From: Verrucomicrobiales bacterium
GTDB taxonomy: Bacteria; Verrucomicrobiota; Verrucomicrobiia; Limisphaerales; Palsa-1400
Direction of reading: 5' to 3'
DNA length: 64,000 nucleotides
Assembly: GCA_003140095.1 (NCBI GenBank)
Contig: PLIU01000248.1
Location: forward strand, 2,304 to 66,303
Both the position numbers and the translations under genes were made by a program. How positions within the stretch are numbered: the stretch's first letter is position 1; each line of letters starts with the position of its first letter. Of this stretch, positions 19,250 through 28,041 are shown piece by piece. Below the pieces are notes generated by a model, which had not been told where the DNA came from, ran no database searches, and worked only from the letters and a program-made list of their open reading frames with translations.

Positions 19250-19670
19250 CATACTTGTTTTGCCTTCTCCGCGTATTGTGGTGTTTTGAACATTGAATTT
19301 TGGACCGTAAACCCTTGAAATTTGCACTTTTTTCCTCCGCGCAGGTTTGATTTGGTTTGATTTGGTTTGATTAGCCCGACCGAGTGCAATTTCGGCCATG
19401 CCGCTAACATAAGCATCTCGCTTAGGATACTATGCTTGCTCAAAACATTTTGACTGGATTTGAAGTGACGTCGCTTCATCCTTCATCGTTCATCTTTGTC
19501 CTGCCATCCCGCCCAGCAGGTTTGACTGGGTTTGACTGGGTTTGACCGCGCGGCAGTAAGAAGCCTAATTGCTTCCACTTTCATCCTTCTTCCTTCGGTT
19601 TTTCACCGCGCCATTTCCAAGGCGAGTCATCGGTGTCTCCCTTTGACAGGTTTCATGGCCAAATGATACT
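19250..19670 (-). repeat. Composite intergenic repeat element, copy B (inverted relative to copy A)
   Basis: The rc of 19604-19670 aligns with 1970-2041. Region 19465-19500 (GTGACGTCGCTTCATCCTTCATCGTTCATC) matches the rc of 2168-2199. Decamer blocks GGTTTGAYTN x3 lie at 19344-19372 and 19519-19547, each with exact 10-bp spacing. Confidence 0.75.
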
Positions 19671-19687
19671 CTCAACGCCGAGATGCG

Positions 19688-20968
19688 TCAAGTTGATGCG
19701 GCGCCAGCGAGGAGCTCTTCCTTTGCCAGAGAGCGGCGCACTTCCGCCGGAAGTTCCCAGAGTCGATGGGGCGTTTTATCCACTTCCAGTTCGAACACAC
19801 CGATTTTCGGCGGGAAGAAGTGGCCGAGCGACGGCCAGCGCCTTTCAATCCGTGCTAAGATGTCCTGGATTTTGATTCGTGCCAGGCTTGGTTCCGATCC
19901 AAGGCGGTTGCCCCAACTCCAAAGTGCCCCGTCTTTGGTCAACACCACGGTCGTTTGATCTCCCAACCCCAACCCCCACGGGTCGAATCCATAGGGAACG
20001 GGTTGCGGCGCATCCGACGCCAATCCGCACACCCACCAACTTCCGTCCTGTTTGCGGGCGGAATGGCCACCGGGCCCCGTATCAATCTGCTTCCAATCCC
20101 GGCCAGTTCCGATTTGTGTCAGGTGTGCCTGGCTAGAGGACCAAATCCTTGGACGCCGCCAGAGTGTTCCGTCCGACTTGAGGACCAGCAATTCATCCGT
20201 GCAGGCCGCAATAGCCACGCAGTTTGTATCGGCGTTGAGTTGCCGGGGCGCTAATTCGATCTTGCCGGCAATCTGTCCCCAGGCCCAGAGGGTGCCGTTT
20301 GTCCTCAGCGCGAAACTTGCGATCGAGTTAGCCGCTATGGCCTCCCAATCCTTGTCCGTTCCAACCAAAACAGGGTTTGGCCTGTGATTGGTCGTCCCAT
20401 CGCCCAGTTGACCATGATCATTGAGGCCCCACGCCCAAAGGGAGCCGTCGTTTTTCAGTGCCAAGCCATGGTCCCAGCCGGCAGCCATCTGAACCCAGTT
20501 GGTCTCGGCGCCGATGCGCGTCGGAGCCAAATTGAGCGCCGTGCCAGGACCCAGTTGCTGATTCCAACCCCAGGACCACAGGGTGCCATCATCTTTCAGC
20601 CCGAGCACTGCGAAACCAGCCTCCGCCACCTTCACCCAATGAGTATCCGACCCGAAGCGTTGTGGAATCGCTCCGATCCCGAGACTGTTATTCCAACCCA
20701 GACGCCATTTTCCCCAATTCCAGAGAGAACCATCAGGCGCCAGGAACCATGCCGCGCCCAGACTACCGGCTCCTTCGGGAACGATAAGTCGCGGCGTAAC
20801 ATTGCCCGGCGGCAACGGTTTTCCGACCCAGACCCCGGCAGGGTGCCGCGAGTGGTCCACCGAAAGGAATACCATCAGGGGCACGGCCGCCGCCACGCAT
20901 CCGGTGAGCCATTTCCTGATCGATGCTCGCACACATCCGACAGTATCGCCTGCCCTTCTCACTGGCAA
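19688..20968 (-). CDS. RCC1-repeat (regulator of chromosome condensation-like) beta-propeller protein with an N-terminal hydrophobic anchor/signal
   Basis: Repeated units of the form DGSLWAWGLNDHGQLGDGT, DGTLWSWGWN and NGTLWAWG. N-terminal hydrophobic segment CVAAAVPLMVFLSV. Confidence 0.8.
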   Translation of the reverse strand: MPVRRAGDTVGCVRASIRKWLTGCVAAAVPLMVFLSVDHSRHPAGVWVGKPLPPGNVTPRLIVPEGAGSLGAAWFLAPDGSLWNWGKWRLGWNNSLGIGAIPQRFGSDTHWVKVAEAGFAVLGLKDDGTLWSWGWNQQLGPGTALNLAPTRIGAETNWVQMAAGWDHGLALKNDGSLWAWGLNDHGQLGDGTTNHRPNPVLVGTDKDWEAIAANSIASFALRTNGTLWAWGQIAGKIELAPRQLNADTNCVAIAACTDELLVLKSDGTLWRRPRIWSSSQAHLTQIGTGRDWKQIDTGPGGHSARKQDGSWWVCGLASDAPQPVPYGFDPWGLGLGDQTTVVLTKDGALWSWGNRLGSEPSLARIKIQDILARIERRWPSLGHFFPPKIGVFELEVDKTPHRLWELPAEVRRSLAKEELLAGAAST

Positions 20969-21126
20969 CGTGCAAGAAGGTAAGTACGACCCAATTAAGT
21001 GAAATGCGCCCCGTGCTCCACGACACGGCTTCTTTTCCGTTGCCCATCGCTGGCAATTCCCTTAGAACGGATTGCCGTGAGCACAAAGTTCGTCATCACC
21101 ATCGGCCATGTAAAACGGGACTGACG

Positions 21127-22314
<1,188 letters not shown>

Positions 22315-22357
22315 GGGTAAGGTTGATCCATTTGTGAAACATGATATACTTTGCTCC

Positions 22358-22627
22358 ATGAAAACGATCACGATTCGAGATTTGCGCCAGCGTTGGCCGG
22401 AGGCCGAAGCGGCGTTGAAGGTGGAGAACGAAATTCTCATCACGCGCGATTCCAAACCGGTCGCCATGCTGGTCCGAGTTAACCCGGCCGCCAACGCCCG
22501 CGCCCGATGGGACATGAAGGCCCATGCTCGTTGGCAAAAAAGGATTGCCGGGGGAAAGTTATCTCGTAGTGACGCGACGCTGGCGCAAAGCCGCGCCGAT
22601 CGTGCCTTGATTGGCAAACCGAAGTGA
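22358..22627 (+). CDS. Phd/YefM-type antitoxin-like protein
   Basis: MKTITIRDLRQRWPEAEAALKVENEILITRDSKPVAMLV matches the Phd/YefM N-terminal pattern (..elr......v......ItrrGkpvAvLv). Its stop overlaps the GTG of the PIN remnant (GTGA at 22624-22627). Confidence 0.6.
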   Translation: MKTITIRDLRQRWPEAEAALKVENEILITRDSKPVAMLVRVNPAANARARWDMKAHARWQKRIAGGKLSRSDATLAQSRADRALIGKPK

Positions 22628-22695
22628 TTTATCTGGACACCAGTTGCCTGCTCAAGTTTCTTCGCGAAGAGCCGGAAAGCGAGAATGTGCGTCTT
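22624..22695 (+). pseudogene. PIN-domain (VapC-like) toxin, N-terminal ~22 codons only
   Basis: (V)IYLDTSCLLKFLREEPESENV is a typical VapC N-terminus and includes the first catalytic Asp. After ~22690 the frame only reads the AAA gene out of phase (arginine/proline-rich nonsense). Confidence 0.5.
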
Positions 22696-22735
22696 TACCC
22701 ACTATCATTTCTCCAATGCATTCTTAACCGCGTTT

Positions 22736-24280
22736 ATGACCAACAAATCCAAAGTACAATTATGTCCGGCGCAACAAAACTTGCTGGACGCGCTGCTCAA
22801 AGGTCTGCCCATCGGTTCCATTTTCCGCCTGTGGGGCGGTGTGGGGCGCGGGAAGACCACCGTATTGAAGCAACTGCACCAGCACACTGGCGGTGCGTTC
22901 CTCGGCATGACCGATTTTGTCGCGGCGGCCAGCCTCAAGCATCCGCTGGCCTTGGAGGAGACCCTCTACAATCTGGTGCTCGATGCTCTGAGAACCCACC
23001 CGGTCGTGATCCTTGATGACTTGCACCTGCTCGATTTGTTCTCCAGCGGCTGCCACTTTTATCCGCGTGCAGGATATTTTAACTCGGTGATCATGGGGCT
23101 ATGCAGCTACGCGTTGGAATCGGACCGCAAGTTGATCTTCGGCACCACGGAGCATTTGGCCGAAGCAGCCGCGCAACGCAGCTATTCGTTCGGCATCGAC
23201 CGCTTCAAAGTCGAGGATTACTCCGCGCTGGTCAAAGGCTGGCTGGGCGAGAAATCAGCCGATCTGGATTTCGACAAGATTTTCCGCTTTGCGCCCAAGT
23301 TAAACGCGCACCAACTCAAGGCCGCCTGCAAATGGCTGGCCGGCCATCCGTCGCTCAACACCAATGTGTTCATTGATTATCTTCGCTCCCAGCGCCTGGC
23401 CAGCAATGTGGACCTGGGGGAAGTGCAGGCGGTGGACCTGCGCGATCTCAAGGGCGTGGACGACGTCTTGCGGAATCTGGAAACCAACATCGTCCTGCCA
23501 TTGGAGAACGACGCGCTGGCCCATCAGTTCAAGTTGCGCTCTAAACGGGGAGTGCTGCTCTATGGCCCGCCTGGCACTGGTAAGACGACTGTCGGCCGGG
23601 CCATGGCCCATCGGCTCAAGAGCAAATTCTTTCTGATTGACGGCACTTTCATCGCCGGGACGGATAGTTTTTACAACCGCATCAGCCAGGTCTTTGAGAC
23701 GGCCAAGGATAACGCCCCTGCCATCATTTTTATTGACGATGCGGACGCGATTTTTGAGGACAGCAAGGAGCATGGGCTTTATCGCTACCTGCTCACGATG
23801 TTGGACGGATTGGAGAGCGAAAGCGCCGGGCGCGTCTGCGTGATGATGACGGCCATGAACGTCGCCAGTCTGCCGGCCGCGTTGATCCGCTCCGGGCGGG
23901 TGGAACTGTGGCTGGAGATGAAGCTGCCGAATGAGGAAGCCCGTGCGCAAATCCTCACCCGCCACGTCGCCGAATTGCCCGAAGAAGTGCGGCAGGTGGA
24001 CGTGGCGGCCTTGGTCCCGGCGACCGAAGGTTTCACGGGCGCTGATCTCAAGCGTCTAATCGAGGACGGCAAAGCCCTCTACGCCTATGACAAAGTCAAG
24101 CGCTTTGAAATGAAAGAGCCTACCGCCTACTTCCTCAAAGCGGTGGAGGGCGTGCGGGAAAACAAGCAACGTTTTGCCGAGGCCGAAGCGCAATCCATGC
24201 TGAAACCGAAAGCGTCCTCGGCAAGTTTCGCCAGATTTGCCATGCGCGGCATTCGCGCCAGCGGCGGCGGAAACCAGTGA
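22736..24280 (+). CDS. Two-module P-loop ATPase: a divergent N-terminal P-loop module plus a C-terminal classical AAA (Cdc48/FtsH-clade-like) module
   Basis: N-module: WGGVGRGKTTVL and VVILDDLH. C-module: LLYGPPGTGKTT (Walker A), AIIFIDDADAIF (Walker B with DD), and MTAMNVASLPAALIRSGRVE (second region of homology). Start is ATG 22736 or 22685. Confidence 0.85.
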   Translation: MTNKSKVQLCPAQQNLLDALLKGLPIGSIFRLWGGVGRGKTTVLKQLHQHTGGAFLGMTDFVAAASLKHPLALEETLYNLVLDALRTHPVVILDDLHLLDLFSSGCHFYPRAGYFNSVIMGLCSYALESDRKLIFGTTEHLAEAAAQRSYSFGIDRFKVEDYSALVKGWLGEKSADLDFDKIFRFAPKLNAHQLKAACKWLAGHPSLNTNVFIDYLRSQRLASNVDLGEVQAVDLRDLKGVDDVLRNLETNIVLPLENDALAHQFKLRSKRGVLLYGPPGTGKTTVGRAMAHRLKSKFFLIDGTFIAGTDSFYNRISQVFETAKDNAPAIIFIDDADAIFEDSKEHGLYRYLLTMLDGLESESAGRVCVMMTAMNVASLPAALIRSGRVELWLEMKLPNEEARAQILTRHVAELPEEVRQVDVAALVPATEGFTGADLKRLIEDGKALYAYDKVKRFEMKEPTAYFLKAVEGVRENKQRFAEAEAQSMLKPKASSASFARFAMRGIRASGGGNQ

Positions 24281-24317
24281 GGCGGTGCGAATGTTGAGGT
24301 TGATTCCTCTGTGAAAA

Positions 24318-25712
24318 ATGAACACCAAAGATTTTTTGCGCCTGGGCGTTCCCTTGGGCGAGGCCACTCGCCGGGCGACGGATTTCGTCGCCAAATTCAT
24401 CCTCCGCGGCGGCGATAAGGCGCGCCTGCGCGAGGAAGTCGCGGCCATTGTCGCCCATCCGGCGGCCTTCACGGGTGACCCGTTGCGCGGGGAATTGGCC
24501 CGGGCCTTGTTGGAAGCGCCGCCTCCGCCGCGCGCCGAGCCTGTCAAGTATCGGCAATGGGGCCAGGGTCTGGAGCACGAAGCGATCATGCAGATGGAAC
24601 GGGCCTGTTTGCTGCCGGTGGCGGTGGCGGGCGCCCTCATGGCCGACGCCCACGTCGGCTACGGCCTGCCCATCGGCGGCGTGCTGGCCACGGAAAACGC
24701 CGTCATCCCCTACGCCGTCGGCGTGGACATCGCCTGCCGCATGAAAATGACGGTGCTGGACCTGCCCGTCCGCGATTTGCAGCAAAAGCCCGATCGCCTC
24801 ACCCGCGCGATCGAGGCGGAGACGCGCTTTGGCGTCGGCGCCAACTTCCAACAACGCCGCCGCCATGAAGTATTGGACGCGGATTGGTCGGCCAGTCCGA
24901 TTACCCTCCAGCACAAGGACCGCGCGTGGTCGCAATTGGGCACCAGCGGCAGCGGCAATCATTTTGTCGAATTCGGCCTGTTCACCGCGCATGGCAGAAT
25001 TGAGAACCTGGAGCCGGGCACATACGTGGCGTTGCTCTCCCATAGCGGCAGTCGCGGCACGGGCGCGGCGGTGTGCGATCATTATTCGAAGCTCGCCTTC
25101 GCCCGCTTCAAGGATTTGCCGGGCGAGTTGAAGCGCCTGGCGTGGCTGACGCTGGATTCGCAGGAAGGGCAGGAATACTGGGCGGCGATGGAGCTAATGG
25201 GAAGATACGCGGCGGCGAACCACGCGCTCATCCATCAACACATCGCGTCGAACCTCGGCGCGCAAGTGCTGCTGGATTTGGAAAACCACCACAACTTCGC
25301 CTGGAAAGAACGGCATCTCATCGGCGGCGTGGAACGTGAAGTCGTCGTGCATCGCAAAGGCGCCACGCCGGCGGGCCAGGGCGTGCTGGGCATCATTCCC
25401 GGTTCGATGGCCTCGCCGGGTTTCGTGGTCAGCGGCAAGGGCAACGCCGAATCGCTCAACTCCGCCTCGCACGGCGCGGGCCGGGCCATGAGCCGGAAGG
25501 CCGCCCATGAAAAATTCAACTGGAAGGAGGTGCATCGTCTTCTCCGCGAGCGCGGCGTAACCTTGCTTTCCGCCGGCCTGGACGAAGCGCCGATGGCCTA
25601 CAAAGAAATTCGCGCCGTGATGGCCGCGCAGCAAGACCTGGTGACGATCCTCGGCCAATTCGATCCCAAGCTCGTCAAAATGGCCCCCAGCGGCGAGCGC
25701 CCGGAAGATTGA
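24318..25712 (+). CDS. rtcB: RNA 3'-phosphate/2',3'-cyclic-phosphate ligase RtcB family protein
   Basis: RtcB hallmarks are all present: MADAHVGYG, VGVDIACRM, GTSGSGNHFVEFG, LSHSGSRGTG, ENHHNFAW and ASHGAGRAMSR. An extra ~75-residue N-terminal region precedes the canonical core. Confidence 0.92.
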   Translation: MNTKDFLRLGVPLGEATRRATDFVAKFILRGGDKARLREEVAAIVAHPAAFTGDPLRGELARALLEAPPPPRAEPVKYRQWGQGLEHEAIMQMERACLLPVAVAGALMADAHVGYGLPIGGVLATENAVIPYAVGVDIACRMKMTVLDLPVRDLQQKPDRLTRAIEAETRFGVGANFQQRRRHEVLDADWSASPITLQHKDRAWSQLGTSGSGNHFVEFGLFTAHGRIENLEPGTYVALLSHSGSRGTGAAVCDHYSKLAFARFKDLPGELKRLAWLTLDSQEGQEYWAAMELMGRYAAANHALIHQHIASNLGAQVLLDLENHHNFAWKERHLIGGVEREVVVHRKGATPAGQGVLGIIPGSMASPGFVVSGKGNAESLNSASHGAGRAMSRKAAHEKFNWKEVHRLLRERGVTLLSAGLDEAPMAYKEIRAVMAAQQDLVTILGQFDPKLVKMAPSGERPED

Positions 25713-25717
25713 CGGAG

Positions 25718-26407
25718 ATGATCGCCCTTCCCGTATGGAAACGTGAATTGGAAGAGCACGGCTTCGCCATCGTGCCCGAAGTCCTGCCCACGCGCGCCGT
25801 GGACGCATTGGCTGCACAAATGGCGCCCCTTCCCGGTCACGCCATGCGTCTTTTGGTGCAATCGGTTCCAGCATTTAAGGAAATGGCGGATAGCTCCGCC
25901 GTCCGGGCGTTGGTCGAACAGGTGCTCGGGCCAAATGCGTTTGTGGCCCGAAGCATCTTCCTGGATAAAACGCCGCAAGCTAACTGGAAGGTAGCGTGGC
26001 ACCAAGACTTGACCATCGCCGTGCAGACCAAAATAGAAGTCCCGGGATTCACGGCGTGGTCGGTGAAAGAGGGAGTGGCGCATGTCCAGCCTCCGGTTTC
26101 GGTTCTCCAACGAATGCTCACGCTGCGCCTGCATCTGGACGATTGCGACGGATCGAACGGCGCGCTCCAGGTTTTTTCCGGCTCGCACACCGCAGGAAGA
26201 TTGGACAGCGATACAATCGCTCGATGGCGAACGGAAAAGCAGCCGACGACATGTGCTATCGCGCGCGGCGGAGCGTTGCTGATGCGCCCCCTATTACTGC
26301 ATGCCTCCTCCACTGCGCGCGAGCCAAAACACCGTCGCGTGGCGCATCTGGAATTTGCCGCCGATTCCCTGCCGTGCGGCCTTAAGTGGTCCGTCCAATG
26401 CGCGTAA
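25718..26407 (+). CDS. Phytanoyl-CoA dioxygenase (PhyH) family Fe(II)/2-oxoglutarate-dependent oxygenase
   Basis: WHQDL (His-x-Asp facial triad), GALQVFSGSH (distal His) and LLMRPLLLHAS. The track start is TTG 25709, overlapping the rtcB stop. The ATG at 25718 is the alternative used here. Confidence 0.8.
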   Translation: MIALPVWKRELEEHGFAIVPEVLPTRAVDALAAQMAPLPGHAMRLLVQSVPAFKEMADSSAVRALVEQVLGPNAFVARSIFLDKTPQANWKVAWHQDLTIAVQTKIEVPGFTAWSVKEGVAHVQPPVSVLQRMLTLRLHLDDCDGSNGALQVFSGSHTAGRLDSDTIARWRTEKQPTTCAIARGGALLMRPLLLHASSTAREPKHRRVAHLEFAADSLPCGLKWSVQCA

Positions 26408-26420
26408 AAGTGAAGGTAGC

Positions 26421-27365
26421 CTAAATGTAACGCAACCGTTCCCGGTGAATGAAGGCCAGCGCGGCTACCAACCGCAGGCTGTCCGCATCGCTATCGATGA
26501 ACACATACCACTGATAGTGAGTCTGGAGATGAACCTGGATTCGGGCACCACCTTCAGAGTTACCTTTGAAGTTGCCAGTGAACAGCGGCATATGAAACGT
26601 CCATTTTGGCTGGCCTGCGAAGTCCATTCTATACTTGTTCAGCAGAATACTTCGCTGCCTGATTCTACAGACGGGCGCGCCATCTTCGAGCATGACGAAT
26701 CGAGCCCCCGGAAGCCTCCGTTCGCATTTGATCCTGATCAACTCCTTATCCGTCTTGTCATAAACAACAAAATCGGGCAAACGACAAAATCCCAGCCGAA
26801 AAAGGCGACGATGATTGAAACGCGGCGTTTGGACCAGCCAGACAATCTCGCCTCTAGAATCGTAAATCTTGCCGTTGCCCTTGTGACTGCATAGAAAGCA
26901 GTATTTGCCGCGTTCAATAGGCTGGTTCTGCCGGGAGATCGCCTTTTCCTTTGGTGCCGGAAGCGAGTTTAGGAAATGTATTACAGCAAAGAAGTCTGCC
27001 GTTCCCAGCATGAATGGATTAAACTCGAATGTGCGCCCGTTGGCTCCTATTGAAAGTTGCGGACTCCTCTGAATCATGCCCTCTTGTATCCACTCAATAT
27101 CTGCATAGTAAATTTTTGTGGTTCGTCTCTGAAGCAAGCCGGTTGGGAGCAAAACAGCGTCCTGTCCCAACTCAAGAAATCGTGGGAACGCAATCCGACG
27201 CACCGTGAACACCAAGCCCCCGACCGTAAGCAGCGCGCCTAGTCCAAGAAATCCAAAAGAAGCCCAATGAATACTCGCAAGAGAGAACAAAAAGACGCCC
27301 ATTGCAATAAACCAAAAGGTGAGCCGCCACTGCGGATTGTATGGATATCGGTGTGGTAGATCCAT
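26421..27365 (-). CDS. Hypothetical membrane protein: two N-terminal TM helices, a middle domain, and a C-terminal LURP-one-related/YxjI (tubby C-terminal-like) region
   Basis: TM segments WRLTFWFIAMGVFLFSLASI and FGFLGLGALLTVGGLVF. The C-terminal pattern ...LLNKYRMDFAGQPKWTFHMPLFTGNFKG...YQWYVFIDSDADSLRLVAALAFIHRE resembles the LOR/YxjI family ending. G+C is visibly lower than its neighbours. Alternative start at 27416. Confidence 0.55.
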   Translation of the reverse strand: MDLPHRYPYNPQWRLTFWFIAMGVFLFSLASIHWASFGFLGLGALLTVGGLVFTVRRIAFPRFLELGQDAVLLPTGLLQRRTTKIYYADIEWIQEGMIQRSPQLSIGANGRTFEFNPFMLGTADFFAVIHFLNSLPAPKEKAISRQNQPIERGKYCFLCSHKGNGKIYDSRGEIVWLVQTPRFNHRRLFRLGFCRLPDFVVYDKTDKELIRIKCERRLPGARFVMLEDGAPVCRIRQRSILLNKYRMDFAGQPKWTFHMPLFTGNFKGNSEGGARIQVHLQTHYQWYVFIDSDADSLRLVAALAFIHRERLRYI

Positions 27366-27582
27366 GATGTGCAAATATGCCCGGCACTGGACGACAGTTC
27401 GAATACTCGGTATCACCTTTCTGCTTGATCATTGTGAGTTTATTTGGCTTTGCCATGGATGTCCAGTGTCGCGATGTCACGGGATGTCATGGGCCGCGAG
27501 ATAGTGGGCATGAAGGGACTTGCAACCCCAAGGCCCGAAGGTAAAGCCTCGCTTGGACGGCGGCTTCGATATAAACAACGGC

Positions 27583-28002
27583 ATGACCTATCAACGAGAA
27601 ATCCAGGTTCAAACCACCGGACATAAAGAGATGCACGACCTCACCGACGAGGTGGCCCGGATCGTGAACGAATCAGGCGTGCGCTCCGGGGTGGTTCATC
27701 TTTTCAACGTCGGCAGCACCGCCGCGATTGGCACCATTGAATTCGAGCCGGGTCTCCAGGAAGACCTGCCCCATATATTGGACAAACTTTTTCCGCCGAG
27801 CCGCGACTACGGCCACGAACGCGCCTGGCACGATGGCAATGGCCATTCACATTTGCAGGCGACGATGCTTGGGCTCTCTCTCACCGTGCCCATCAGAGAT
27901 CGCAAACTCGTGCTGGGCACGTGGCAGCAAATCTTCCATCTCGAGTGCGACATCAAACCGCGGCGGCGCACGATTGCGATCACGGTGATGGGCGACTCGT
28001 GA
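27583..28002 (+). CDS. YjbQ/UPF0047 family protein (secondary thiamine-phosphate synthase enzyme family)
   Basis: From the ATG at 27583: MTYQREIQVQTTGHKEMHDLTDEV..., GVVHLFNVGSTAAI.IEFEPGLQEDL, DGNGHSHLQA and GTWQQIFHLECD. These are typical of YjbQ. Confidence 0.85.
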   Translation: MTYQREIQVQTTGHKEMHDLTDEVARIVNESGVRSGVVHLFNVGSTAAIGTIEFEPGLQEDLPHILDKLFPPSRDYGHERAWHDGNGHSHLQATMLGLSLTVPIRDRKLVLGTWQQIFHLECDIKPRRRTIAITVMGDS

Positions 28003-28041
28003 CTATCCGGCTATCAATCGCGTCGTTCACCACCCGCTCGA

